From Gemmatimonadales bacterium (GTDB taxonomy: Bacteria; Gemmatimonadota; Gemmatimonadetes; Gemmatimonadales; GWC2-71-9), in contig JBBCJC010000002.1 of NCBI GenBank assembly GCA_037189525.1, forward strand, positions 960,001 to 1,024,000: a stretch of DNA of 64,000 bases, given 5' to 3'. The translations under genes were made by a program, and so were the position numbers. Below are positions 9,406 through 19,184 of this stretch, one piece after another. Numbering within the stretch: position 1 is the stretch's first letter; every line of letters starts with the position of its first letter. A model generated the notes under the pieces. That model saw only the letters and a program-made list of their open reading frames with translations. It searched no databases and was not told the origin of the DNA.

Positions 9406-11817
9406 TCAGGGTCGGATTTCGATGCCGATCAGAACCGACCGGCCGACCGATCGGGTGCCGGTGTAGGAGTCGAAGCGGACGGCATTGGTGAGGTTGTCGA
9501 TGCTCAGGTAGCCCGACAGCTCGTCGAGCAGGTCGGCCGACAGATGGAGGTACGGCATCACCAGCCCCGGGTGTCGGCGAAGCAGCGTCTGGGTCGCGGG
9601 TACCCGGTTGGCGCCGGCGCCGGCGCTGGCCAGGCCGATCATGTTCCAGTCGTAACCGGTCCACGAGCCCTGATAGTGGACGCCCGTCCCGAACCGCAGC
9701 TTGGGCAGACCGTAGCTCAGGCGGAGCGAACCCGACGACGACGGAATCTCGGGCAACTGGTCGCCGACCCGGAGCGATCCCGAGTAGTTGCGGGCCAGCC
9801 GTTCGACCCGGCTGCTGGTCGCATAGAACTGCGCATCGAGCGAGAGCCGGCGATGGCGCACCCCGGCCTCCAGTTCGAAGCCCCGGTTCCGGATGGCGCC
9901 GACGTTCTGGTACTGGAATCCCGTGATGGCGCCGGACACGTCGGGGATCATGACCGACTGGATCAGGTCCGAGGCCAGCTGATCGAAGTAGGTGGTGCGG
10001 ACATAGGCGGCCGGGCCGGCATACAGATCGGCGCCGAACTCGACCCCCGCCTGCGACTCGGGCGCCAGGTCCGGATTGGCAATCTGATCGTAGGTGCCGG
10101 ACACCAGGCCGTGGCTCATGCCGGGTTCGGGCGGCCGAATGCCTCGGCCCCAGCCGGTGCGGAGCCGGAGTGCCCAGCTGCCGATCGGCTGGGTCCAGGC
10201 GGCGCCGACGCTGGGCGACCACGCGGCGCCGCGGTCGTCGCCGAAGCTGCTGCTCCGCTCGGCGCGCAGACCCGCGCTCAGCGTCAGCGGCCCCGTGGCC
10301 AGCTTCGATTGCATGAAGGTGCCGACGTTGCGCACCTGGTCGTCGTAGGAACTGATGGCCAGGTTCGACGACGAGGCCGAGGATAGCGAGGCCATGGTTT
10401 GCCAGGTACCGCGATTGCGGGTCAGCCGGGTGACCTCCACCCCCGTCGTCGTCGACAGTTCGTTGCCCTCGCCCAGGTCGGCCGTGAACGCCGAGCTGTA
10501 CCGCAACGAGGCGCGGGAGGCCCATTCCTGGTTGCTGCCCGGCTGCGGCGCGCGGTTGGCGTACAGGTAGCTGCGCGGGGTGCCGAGGGCTCCGCTGGTG
10601 ATGTCGTAGCCCACCACCATCCGCTGACTCCACCAGTCGGCGGTCTGATGCGACGCGGTCAGGCCCAGGGTGGCCACCGCGATACTCGCCGTCATCGCGG
10701 CCACCGGGGCCGAGGAGATCTCGAATCGGCGATACTCGCTCTGGGCAAAGTCGTACTGCCCGCCGCGGGCCATCCCGCTCACCACCAGTGAACCCAACAC
10801 GGTCTTGGCGCCGGCGTGCGCGTTCCAGGTCCGGGCGCCGGGGAGAGGTTGGTCGCTACCGACCCGGGCCATGCTGCCCGAGAGCGCGCCGGCGCCCCAG
10901 CCGGTTCCGCCGCTCAGCAGGCCGGCGTAGTCGTGCCGCAGCACGGTCGACAGCGCGGACTGGTCGAACGAGCCCGCGGCCACTTCGGCCGAACCCTGGA
11001 GCCGGACCGCTTCGCCGAGGTTGCCCTTCCGGGTGGTAATCTGAATTACGCCGTTGATGGCATCGGACCCGTAGAGCGCCGCGCCCTGGGGGCCGCGAAT
11101 CACTTCGATCCGCTCGATACTCCGGGGGTCGACCAGCGTCACCAGGGTCGGCGAGGCCATCTCGACCCCGTCGATGTACGCCTTGAGGCCCCGGGCTGTG
11201 AAGGAACTCGCCCCGCGCACCGCCAGCACCTCGGCCGGGGCGCCGCTCGGCCCCTGGTCGCGGAGGACCAGACCGGGGAGGGTGGCGCGGAACAGATCGG
11301 CGGCGCGGGAGAATCGCTGGCCGTCCAGATCGTCGGTCCGGATCATGGTGACGCTGCCGGGCTCGTCGGTCGGGAACGAGGTGGCATTGGTTGCGGCGCC
11401 GGTTACGACCAGCTGTTCGAGGGTGCGAACCCCGGATGCGATGGTCCCGCCCGAAGGCGACCGGGTGGTGTCCGCCCCGGTGGCGGCCGGTCGTGCGATG
11501 ACCAGCGCGCCGCCCGTGACCGGGAAGATCCGGAGTCCGGTGCCGTCCAGCATCCGGTCGAGGACCTGGTGGACCGGCTCTTCGCGAGCGGCAACCGACA
11601 CCGGCCGGTTACCTGGCAGGGCATCGGAACTGAAGGCCAGCGGAATACCGTATCGAGTGCGGAGCTGGGTCAGCGCGGTGGCGAGATCGACCCGGTCGAA
11701 CGAGACCGAAATCTTCCGATCGAGGGCCGTGCGGGTCGAATCGGTGGAATTTTGGGCGTACCCCGGCGTCGCTGCGAGCAGCAGGACCGCAGTCAACAGC
11801 CGGGTGGGCAGGGTCAC
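9406..11817 (-). CDS. TonB-dependent receptor with N-terminal STN signalling domain
   Basis: STN (ISVSFDRVDLATALTQL...VLDRMLDGTGL); plug IERIEVIRGPQGAALYGSDAINGVIQITTRKG; NPDLAPE; overlaps the FecR gene stop. Confidence 0.9.
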   Translation of the reverse strand: MTLPTRLLTAVLLLAATPGYAQNSTDSTRTALDRKISVSFDRVDLATALTQLRTRYGIPLAFSSDALPGNRPVSVAAREEPVHQVLDRMLDGTGLRIFPVTGGALVIARPAATGADTTRSPSGGTIASGVRTLEQLVVTGAATNATSFPTDEPGSVTMIRTDDLDGQRFSRAADLFRATLPGLVLRDQGPSGAPAEVLAVRGASSFTARGLKAYIDGVEMASPTLVTLVDPRSIERIEVIRGPQGAALYGSDAINGVIQITTRKGNLGEAVRLQGSAEVAAGSFDQSALSTVLRHDYAGLLSGGTGWGAGALSGSMARVGSDQPLPGARTWNAHAGAKTVLGSLVVSGMARGGQYDFAQSEYRRFEISSAPVAAMTASIAVATLGLTASHQTADWWSQRMVVGYDITSGALGTPRSYLYANRAPQPGSNQEWASRASLRYSSAFTADLGEGNELSTTTGVEVTRLTRNRGTWQTMASLSSASSSNLAISSYDDQVRNVGTFMQSKLATGPLTLSAGLRAERSSSFGDDRGAAWSPSVGAAWTQPIGSWALRLRTGWGRGIRPPEPGMSHGLVSGTYDQIANPDLAPESQAGVEFGADLYAGPAAYVRTTYFDQLASDLIQSVMIPDVSGAITGFQYQNVGAIRNRGFELEAGVRHRRLSLDAQFYATSSRVERLARNYSGSLRVGDQLPEIPSSSGSLRLSYGLPKLRFGTGVHYQGSWTGYDWNMIGLASAGAGANRVPATQTLLRRHPGLVMPYLHLSADLLDELSGYLSIDNLTNAVRFDSYTGTRSVGRSVLIGIEIRP

Positions 11818-12791
11818 GGGGCTAGTTCACTCTTCATCTTCAGGGAGACGCTGCTTCCCGTACGTGTCACCACCACCTCGGGGAACGCCGCGCCCAAGAT
11901 TTCCAGCGCTTCCGGCAGTTGCCCCGTCGGAATCGGGCCGGTGAACCGCTTGTCGGCCAGGTCGGTGCCCAGATCGAACGAAACCGCATACCAGCGTTCG
12001 AGTTCCGTCGTGACGTCGCGGAGCGGGCGGTCCTCGAAGTCGAGCGTGCCCTGGCGCCAGCTGGTGAACCGGTCGACGGCTACGGCATGGTCGACCAGGG
12101 TCTGGCCGGGTCCGTCCACCCGGGCGACGTCGCCGGGGCCCAGGGTGACCGATGCCGCATCCTCGCGATGGATCGCCACGGCGCCCTCGGCCACCGCCAC
12201 CCGGACGGCGGTTCCCGTGGTCTGGATTTCGAAGGCGGTGCCCAAGTCTTCGACCAGGGCGCCATCGGTGGCGACCTGGAAGGGTTTGGCCTCGTCGTGG
12301 GTGACCACGAACCAGGCGCGGCCGGTCAGGCTCACTTTGCGGGTCGGCCGTCCGAACTTGGGATCGACCACCAGGCGGGAAGCGGGGGCCAGGGTCACCG
12401 CCGAGCCATCGGCCAGGGTGATTTCCCGCTGTTCGCCGACGCCGGTGGCGTATTCGACGGCTCGGTCTGGCCGCAGGAGCCAGGTCCCGGCGCCGGCGGC
12501 GAGGATGACCGCGGCGGCGGCCAGCCACTTCACGAACGGCCGGCGGATCGGAATGATATCGGCGGAGGTGTCGCCGGGGGCCGTATCGAGCCGGGTACTG
12601 ACCCGGGCCCAGGCGGCGTCGACGTTCCAGCTCTCCGGGGCGGTTTCCGGGGTCAGGGCAACCGCCAGGCGTTCGAGCTCCCGCTGGTGATCGGGATTGG
12701 CCCGGGACCAGGTATCCACCCGGTTCCGTTCCTCCGCCGAGGCCTCTCCGGCCAGATATCGAGCCAGCTGCTCCGAGTCCATACGCTCCAT
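11814..12791 (-). CDS. FecR family anti-sigma factor
   Basis: LARYLAGEASAEE N-terminus, TM helix, TGVGEQREITLADGSAVTL, LTGRAWF, LGTAF, WRQGTLDFEDRPL. Confidence 0.92.
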   Translation of the reverse strand: MERMDSEQLARYLAGEASAEERNRVDTWSRANPDHQRELERLAVALTPETAPESWNVDAAWARVSTRLDTAPGDTSADIIPIRRPFVKWLAAAAVILAAGAGTWLLRPDRAVEYATGVGEQREITLADGSAVTLAPASRLVVDPKFGRPTRKVSLTGRAWFVVTHDEAKPFQVATDGALVEDLGTAFEIQTTGTAVRVAVAEGAVAIHREDAASVTLGPGDVARVDGPGQTLVDHAVAVDRFTSWRQGTLDFEDRPLRDVTTELERWYAVSFDLGTDLADKRFTGPIPTGQLPEALEILGAAFPEVVVTRTGSSVSLKMKSELAP

Positions 12792-12909
12792 TGCTACCTT
12801 GTCGCGGGGGTACGCCCCGGAGACACCGGGATACTCCGCCACCCTGACGTGACGGCCTCCCATCCTATCATATTAGGCCCTGTGACTGATTCCGTCTACG
12901 ATCCCGTCG

Positions 12910-13473
12910 ATGTCCGAGCCGGTTAAGCCGCTGCCGCTGCGCCGCGAGCTGATCGAACGCATCCGGGAGGGCGACCGGGACGCGTTCGAGATCGTCTTTC
13001 GGGCCTACTACAGCAAGCTGACCGACTATGCCAACGGCCTGGTGCGGACGCGGGACGGGGCTGAAGATGTGGTGCAGGAGGTCTTCGTGGCGCTCTGGAC
13101 CCAGCGGGAGCGGCTGACCACGCCCGACAATCTGGTCGGCTATCTCTATCGCGCGGTGCGGAATCGCAGCCTCAATCAGTTGCGGCATCGGCGGATGGTG
13201 GCCGATTGGCAGGCGCGATCGGCGGCGGAGGACCGCAACGACGCGCCGCCGGCCGATCGCGAGGCGGAGCGGGCCGAAATCCGTGAGGCAGTCCGCGCGG
13301 CCGTGGCGACTTTGTCGCCCCGGTGCCAGGAAGTGTTCGGCTTGAGCCGCAACCAGGGGCTCACCTATCCTGAGATCGCGGCCACGCTCGGGATCTCGAT
13401 CAAAACGGTGGAGACCCTGATGGGCCGGGCGCTCAAGGGCATCCGCGAGCGTCTCGCGGGCTGGCGCGACTAG
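12910..13473 (+). CDS. ECF RNA polymerase sigma-70 factor (FecI/Bacteroides-type)
   Basis: AEDVVQEVFVALW, YLYRAVRNRSLN, region 4 GLTYPEIAATLGISIKTVE; divergent from the FecR gene. Confidence 0.93.
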   Translation: MSEPVKPLPLRRELIERIREGDRDAFEIVFRAYYSKLTDYANGLVRTRDGAEDVVQEVFVALWTQRERLTTPDNLVGYLYRAVRNRSLNQLRHRRMVADWQARSAAEDRNDAPPADREAERAEIREAVRAAVATLSPRCQEVFGLSRNQGLTYPEIAATLGISIKTVETLMGRALKGIRERLAGWRD

Positions 13474-13563
13474 CTCCACTCGGCTTGCCTCGGTTGCCGC
13501 CGCGCGACACCTTTCGCGAGTTCGGCTCCGTGGCGCTCACCTTTCCAACTGCAGCGGTGCTCC

Positions 13564-14751
13564 ATGCACGACGCCGTCATCGTTTCGACTGCCCGCACGC
13601 CCATCGGCAAGGCGTACACCGGCGGTCTCAATAACACGCACGGGGCCGAGCTTGGTGGGCATGTGATCCGCCATGCGGTGGAACGCGCGGGGATCGACCC
13701 GGGCGAGGTCGAGGACGTCATTCTCGGTTGCGGGCTGCCCGAAGGCGCCACCGGATCCAACATTGCCCGGCAAGCGGCCATCCGCGCCGGACTGCCCGTC
13801 ACGACCAGCGGGGTAACCGTCAATCGCTTCTGCTCCTCGGGGCTGCAGACCATCGCGATGGCTGCGCATCGGGTCATGGTTGACGGCGTGCCGATCATGG
13901 TGGCCGGCGGGCTCGATTCGATCAGCCTGGTGCAGAACGAGCATGCCAACCGCTTCCGGCACGACGATGCCTGGCTCCTGGCGCACAAGCCGGCGATCTA
14001 CATGGCGATGATCGACACGGCCGAGGTAGTGGCCAAGCGGTACGGGATCGGGCGGGACCAGCAGGACGAGTACGCCTTGCAGAGCCAGACCCGCAACGGC
14101 GCAGCCATGCGCGAGGGCCGCTTCGACCGGGAAATCGCGCCGATAACGGCGCGGAAAGTTTTGTTCGACAAGAAAACCAAACAGATCGCCGGCGAAGCGG
14201 ACGTGACGCTGGCGGCCGACGAGGGACCGCGTCCCGACACGACGGCCGAGGGCCTGGCCGGGCTCAAGCCGGTACGGGGCGAGGGGTTCACCATCACGGC
14301 CGGCAATGCGAGCCAGCTGTCGGACGGCGCTTCGGCCTGCGTGGTGATGAATGCCAAGCTGGCGGAGCAGCGCGGCCTGGAACCGCTCGGCATTTTCCGC
14401 GGCTTTACCGTGGCGGGGTGCGAACCGGACGAGATGGGTATCGGGCCGGTCTTTGCGGTGCCGCGGCTGTTGCAGCGGGCCGGTCTTCGGATGGGCGACA
14501 TCGGGCTTTGGGAACTCAACGAAGCCTTTGCGGTGCAGGTGGTGTACTGCCGCGATCGGCTCGGGATTCCGAACGAATTGCTCAACGTCGACGGCGGCGC
14601 CATTTCGATCGGCCATCCCTACGGGATGAGCGGTGCGCGGCTGGCGGGGCATGCCCTGATCGAGGGTAAGCGGCGCGGCGCGCGGTATGTGGTCGTCACC
14701 ATGTGCGTAGGCGGCGGAATGGGCGCCGCCGGCCTGTTCGAGGTGGTATGA
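13564..14751 (+). CDS. Acetyl-CoA C-acyltransferase (thiolase)
   Basis: NRFCSSG, ELNEAFA, GHPYG and TMCVGGGMG catalytic motifs. Confidence 0.95.
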   Translation: MHDAVIVSTARTPIGKAYTGGLNNTHGAELGGHVIRHAVERAGIDPGEVEDVILGCGLPEGATGSNIARQAAIRAGLPVTTSGVTVNRFCSSGLQTIAMAAHRVMVDGVPIMVAGGLDSISLVQNEHANRFRHDDAWLLAHKPAIYMAMIDTAEVVAKRYGIGRDQQDEYALQSQTRNGAAMREGRFDREIAPITARKVLFDKKTKQIAGEADVTLAADEGPRPDTTAEGLAGLKPVRGEGFTITAGNASQLSDGASACVVMNAKLAEQRGLEPLGIFRGFTVAGCEPDEMGIGPVFAVPRLLQRAGLRMGDIGLWELNEAFAVQVVYCRDRLGIPNELLNVDGGAISIGHPYGMSGARLAGHALIEGKRRGARYVVVTMCVGGGMGAAGLFEVV

Positions 14752-14786
14752 CGCCGGCGAGCCGCGCGCGGCGGGGCGGGTAGGCC

Positions 14787-15245
14787 ATGGAGCTTCGGCT
14801 CGACCGCTCCCTGACCGATCCGGCGGGGTTTTCCTTCTGGACGCCGATCGTGGTTCGTTTCAGCGACCTCGATCTGCTGGGCCACGCCAATAACGTCCGG
14901 ATTGCCGGGTGGCTGGAGGACGGGCGGGTCGCGCTGGAGTTGCCGATTCAGCCCTGCACGCCAGACTACGACGGTCCGGTGGTGGTGCTGGTGGACTTCC
15001 ATATCCAGTACCTTGCCGAGGTCCGGCTCGGAGACGAGGTCGCGGTCGGGACGCGGGTCCAGCGGATCGGGACCTCGTCGATTACGCTGGGTCAGGCGGT
15101 CTTTGTCAACGGCCGATGCGCAGCTATTGCTGAGTCGGTCGAGGTGCTGATCGGCGCTACCTCGCGCCGGCCGGAGGGATGGCCGCCCAAGTTTCTGGCG
15201 CACTTCGAGCAGTACCTGGTCGGCTTGCCGGACGGCGCGGCCTGA
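14787..15245 (+). CDS. Acyl-CoA thioesterase (4HBT/FadM hot-dog family)
   Basis: VRFSDLDLLGHANN motif; IGTSSITL; follows the thiolase. Confidence 0.88.
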   Translation: MELRLDRSLTDPAGFSFWTPIVVRFSDLDLLGHANNVRIAGWLEDGRVALELPIQPCTPDYDGPVVVLVDFHIQYLAEVRLGDEVAVGTRVQRIGTSSITLGQAVFVNGRCAAIAESVEVLIGATSRRPEGWPPKFLAHFEQYLVGLPDGAA

Positions 15246-15742
15246 TGCTGTGGTATCTGCTGCTGGTCATTGCCCAGCTGGCGGGGCTCGTGATGGTCGG
15301 CTTGGGGCTGCCGGGGCTCTGGTTGATGCTGCTGGCCGGGGTGGTCTACAAGCTGGCGGCGGCGCCCGCGCTGCTCAGTTGGGGTGTGCTGGGCGTGGCG
15401 GCCGCGGTGGCGGTGCTGGCCGAGGTGCTCGAGTTCGTGTTGTCGCTGCGGTACACCCGGCGATATGGCGGGACCCGACGCGGAGGCTGGGGCGGCGTGT
15501 TCGGGGGCATTGCCGGCGCGATCATCGGGCTGCCGATTCCGATCATCGGCTCGGTCGTGGGCGCGTTCGTCGGCACCTTTCTCGGTGCGCTCCTGGCGGA
15601 GTATTCGGCCCAGCCCGACTCGGCGGCGGCCGGACGGTCGGCGTGGGGCGCTCTGGTTGGCCGGGTGGTGGCGACGGCGGTCAAGGGCGCGCTTGGTGCG
15701 GCCATGGCAGCCGGTATTCTGATCGCGGGCTGGCCGCGATGA
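15245..15742 (+). CDS. DUF456 family membrane protein
   Basis: GLPGLWL, YGGTRRGGWG, GAFVGTFLGALLAE; TGATG overlap with the previous gene. Confidence 0.85.
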   Translation: MLWYLLLVIAQLAGLVMVGLGLPGLWLMLLAGVVYKLAAAPALLSWGVLGVAAAVAVLAEVLEFVLSLRYTRRYGGTRRGGWGGVFGGIAGAIIGLPIPIIGSVVGAFVGTFLGALLAEYSAQPDSAAAGRSAWGALVGRVVATAVKGALGAAMAAGILIAGWPR

Positions 15743-15819
15743 TCGGTTAGTTTTGCCTGGGGTGGCGCATCGCGGGCAGATCCGCGTCGCGGCAGGTAAT
15801 GATGGGGGGTAGAACGGCT

Positions 15820-16911
15820 ATGAAACAGCAACTCTTGCTTGGTGTGCTGGCGATTCTGATCGTCGGCTGTGATTCGGGGCAGTCACGGCGGCGGACGGAA
15901 GCGGTACCGGTCGAGCCTTTGCCGATCGGGGCCGATACCGTGGTGGTGCCGTGGACGGACCTGCCGGAGGCCGGTTGGCTCGGTGGCCGGCGGTGGGTCG
16001 TCGTCGGCGCCGATTTCGATGCGGCTTTGCTGGTCGACTTTTCCACGCGGCAGACCCGGCCGATCGGCGCCGGGCGCACCCCGGAGCTGGCCAAGCCGTT
16101 CGGCGTCTTTACGGTGGGCGACACGGCCTTCATCGCCGATTGGGGGCGCCGTCGCCTCACGATCTGGTCGCCGGAGGGGCAGTTGCTCGATACGGTTCCG
16201 GCGCCGGCGGCGACCCGGGGAATGTTGCCGCGCGGGCGTGACGCGGCGGGACAGTACTACTTCGAGGTGCCGCCGGTGGCGGGCGCCAACGGTCGCGGTC
16301 TGCTCGACTCCGCCGTGGTGGTCCGATCGAATCCGGCGCTCACCGTGTTCGATACGGTTGCTCGACTGACGCCGCTCGATGTGGTGGAGATTTCGGAAGC
16401 GCGGGGCAAGCGGTTCGAGCGGCTGGTCTTCAGCGGGTCCGACTGGTGGGGCGTCCTGCCCGATGGCCGGCTGTGGGTCGCGCGGGTTCGCCGGAGCGAG
16501 GTCTCGACCATCGAGAACCGTCGTGAGCGTCGCGGTGAACGTCTGCCGGACGCGGTCATCGAAGTAACCCCGGCCGATCGCGAGCAATACACGTCGACCT
16601 TCCCGCCGGAACTGCGTTCGATGGCCGAGCAGTTGCCCTATGCTCCGTTTCATGCGGCGTTCGAGCGGGGATTCGGCGGGGCGGACGGACTGATCTGGCT
16701 TCGCAAAGCGCGGCCCGCTCTCGATTCGGTGCGGCGGTATCAGGTGGTCGATTCCGCGGGTCGCCTGGCCCGGGTCTTCAGCACGCTGGGTCAGGGCGTC
16801 ATCGTCGCAGCCGGTCGGGATGCCGTTCTCTTCGCGGAACAGTTTCGCGACGGCGTCCGACTGATGGAAATTCGCCTGCCGTCTCCACCTCCCCCGGCTG
16901 CTGAGCCGTGA
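15820..16911 (+). CDS. Beta-propeller (6-bladed type) lipoprotein
   Basis: Lipobox ILIVGC; blade-like repeats DTAFIADWG, DAAGQYYF, PDGRLWV, ADGLIWL, VDSAGRL. Confidence 0.7.
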   Translation: MKQQLLLGVLAILIVGCDSGQSRRRTEAVPVEPLPIGADTVVVPWTDLPEAGWLGGRRWVVVGADFDAALLVDFSTRQTRPIGAGRTPELAKPFGVFTVGDTAFIADWGRRRLTIWSPEGQLLDTVPAPAATRGMLPRGRDAAGQYYFEVPPVAGANGRGLLDSAVVVRSNPALTVFDTVARLTPLDVVEISEARGKRFERLVFSGSDWWGVLPDGRLWVARVRRSEVSTIENRRERRGERLPDAVIEVTPADREQYTSTFPPELRSMAEQLPYAPFHAAFERGFGGADGLIWLRKARPALDSVRRYQVVDSAGRLARVFSTLGQGVIVAAGRDAVLFAEQFRDGVRLMEIRLPSPPPPAAEP

Positions 16912-16971
16912 GCCGGGGGCAACGGGGTCCTTCGTTAGGCAGAGGCCAACGGTAACATTCACGAGGTATTC

Positions 16972-18633
16972 ATGCGCTTTGGTTTGACCGCGCTCCTGCT
17001 GGGGGTCATGGCGGGGTGCGGTGGTCCCGGTCCGGTCGCTCATCGTGAAGTTCTGCTGTACAACGGAAAAATCTTTACCGCCGACTTCGATCATCCCTGG
17101 GTCGAGGCGCTGCTGCTGCGCGGCGACCGAGTCGTGGCGATCGGGACGAACGATGAACTGCTGGCCGGGGCCGGTACGTCGGCGACGGCCATCGACCTCC
17201 GAGGTAGGGTGGTGGTGCCCGGCTTCGACGATGCGCACGACCATGTGACGCCGGGCATTTCCTCGCAGCACGTGGCGACCTCAGGCGGGCCGATGCCGGA
17301 TCCGACGCTGCGGGAGGTTGCGGACAGTATCCGGGCCGCGGTGGCTCGGGTGCCGGCCGGGACGCGGCTGGTGGTGCGGGTCGGGGAGCGCATCCTGAGC
17401 GACTATCGGGCCCGGCGTCAGGTGCTCGACGCCATTGCCCCCGCGCATCCGGTGCAGTTGCGCGGCTGGTCGGGGCACGGGCTGGTCGTCAACAGTGCGG
17501 AGCTTGCGGCCGCCGGGATCGGCGATACGGTGCGCGATCCGCAGGGGGGCTGGTTCGAGCGCGGCGGGAGCGGGCGCTTGACGGGCCGGATGGACGAGTA
17601 CGCCATGTTCAACCTGACGGTGCGGCAAACCGGCCAGGATCTCTCGGCCGCCGTGGAGGCGCTGCGGGCGCGCGCGGCGGAGGCGGTGGCCTGGGGTACC
17701 ACGAGCATCCAGAACATGCCGATCGGTCTCGAGCCGAGTACGGTGGCGCAGCTGGTCGACTCGCTGGAGCTGCCGATCCGGATTCGGATGATTGCGTTTC
17801 CGGCAACTACGCCGGTCGGTCGCGAACCGGCGCCATGGCGGGCGATTCGGTCCGGACCGGTCGATCGCGTCGAGGTGTCGGGCGTCAAGTACATTCTCGA
17901 CGGGACACCGATCGAGCGGCTGGCGCTGCATCGGCGGCCGTACACCGACCGTCCCGGTTGGTACGGACGCGCCAATTTTTCGCCCGATACGGTGCGCGTC
18001 ATCCTGCAGGAGGCGTTGGCCTCCCGGGAACAGCCGCTCTTTCACGCAGCTGGCGACTCGGCCATTGCGGTCGTCCTGGACGCCATGGCGGACCTGGCGC
18101 CGGATTCGGTCTGGAGGCGGATTCGGGTTCGGCTAGAGCACGCCGACGGACTGGCGCCCGATCAATACGAACTGGTGCGCCGCCTGGGCATCGTCGTGGT
18201 TCAGAATCCCAGTCATCTGACGCTCGGCCCGATGGTCTCGGCGCGCTACGGCGCCCAGCGGAGCCGGACCTACCAGCCGATGCGCAGCTTGCTCGACGAG
18301 GGGATCATGCTTGCCTTGGGGAGTGACGGACCCACCAATCCGTTCCTCAACCTGATGTTTGCCGTGACCCATCCGGATAACCCGGCAGAGGCCCTGACCA
18401 TGGAGCAGGCAGTCCGGGCGTACACGCTGGGCTCGGCGTATGCGCAGGGCAAAGAGGGAGTGCGTGGCCGGTTGGTCATCGGGATGATGGCGGATCTGGC
18501 CGTCTTGTCGCAGGACATCTTTACCGTGGCCCCGGAGGCGCTTCCCGCTACGGTCAGTCTGTTGACCCTGCGTGGCGGAGAACCGGTGCATGATCCGGAG
18601 GGGTGGTTTACGCCGTTCCCGACCGGGTCCTGA
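16972..18633 (+). CDS. Amidohydrolase_3 (YtcJ-like) lipoprotein
   Basis: Lipobox MAGC; PGFDDAHDH, KYILDG, HAAGD, RLEHAD and GSDGP motifs. Confidence 0.88.
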   Translation: MRFGLTALLLGVMAGCGGPGPVAHREVLLYNGKIFTADFDHPWVEALLLRGDRVVAIGTNDELLAGAGTSATAIDLRGRVVVPGFDDAHDHVTPGISSQHVATSGGPMPDPTLREVADSIRAAVARVPAGTRLVVRVGERILSDYRARRQVLDAIAPAHPVQLRGWSGHGLVVNSAELAAAGIGDTVRDPQGGWFERGGSGRLTGRMDEYAMFNLTVRQTGQDLSAAVEALRARAAEAVAWGTTSIQNMPIGLEPSTVAQLVDSLELPIRIRMIAFPATTPVGREPAPWRAIRSGPVDRVEVSGVKYILDGTPIERLALHRRPYTDRPGWYGRANFSPDTVRVILQEALASREQPLFHAAGDSAIAVVLDAMADLAPDSVWRRIRVRLEHADGLAPDQYELVRRLGIVVVQNPSHLTLGPMVSARYGAQRSRTYQPMRSLLDEGIMLALGSDGPTNPFLNLMFAVTHPDNPAEALTMEQAVRAYTLGSAYAQGKEGVRGRLVIGMMADLAVLSQDIFTVAPEALPATVSLLTLRGGEPVHDPEGWFTPFPTGS

Positions 18634-18722
18634 CCCGAGGCCTGGCAGGTGGTAGATTAGAAGATTCCGGTAGTTCCCAATGACAGAGGCCCGCCGATGG
18701 CGGGCCGAAAGGATCCAGTTCC

Positions 18723-19181
18723 ATGGCGACGATCAGCGTGAACGGCCAGGCCCGTGAAGTCGACGCGGATCCGGCCATGCCCTTGCTGTGGGTCCTTCGG
18801 GACGTCCTGGGCATGACGGGCACCAAGTTCGGATGTGGGATTGCCCAGTGCGGCGCCTGCACCGTGCATCTCGATGGGAACCCGGTGCGCTCGTGCGTGA
18901 CGCCCTGGTCGGCGGTAGGTGCGAAGAAGGTCACCACCATCGAAGGCCTGTCCGATTCCGGCAACCATCCGGTCCAGCAAGCGTGGGTCGAGATGCAGGT
19001 GCCGCAGTGCGGCTACTGCCAGAGCGGCCAGATCATGTCGGCCGTTGCATTGCTCGAGGCCACGCCCAAGCCGACCGATGCCGAAATCGACCAGGCCATG
19101 GCGGGCAACATCTGCCGCTGCGGAACCTATCAGCGGATCCGCGCGGCGATTCACCACGCGGCCGAAACGCGGAGGGCCTGA
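18723..19181 (+). CDS. iorA: Isoquinoline 1-oxidoreductase-type alpha subunit, (2Fe-2S)-binding
   Basis: [33 protein letters not shown]. Confidence 0.93.
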   Translation: MATISVNGQAREVDADPAMPLLWVLRDVLGMTGTKFGCGIAQCGACTVHLDGNPVRSCVTPWSAVGAKKVTTIEGLSDSGNHPVQQAWVEMQVPQCGYCQSGQIMSAVALLEATPKPTDAEIDQAMAGNICRCGTYQRIRAAIHHAAETRRA

Positions 19182-19184
19182 GCC

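Noticed and set aside
10816..12690. 624-aa plus-strand ORF
   Set aside because: Antisense to the TBDT and FecR genes, which have clear family motifs
12795..12840. Shared ECF promoter motif upstream of both FecR genes (also about 22650-22690)
   Set aside because: Similarity (GGnGYAT...GTACCC) is weak and the spacing differs
16915..16945. GTTAGGC between two plus-strand genes as an attC
   Set aside because: No RYYYAAC and L boxes at a suitable distance; only a short hairpin
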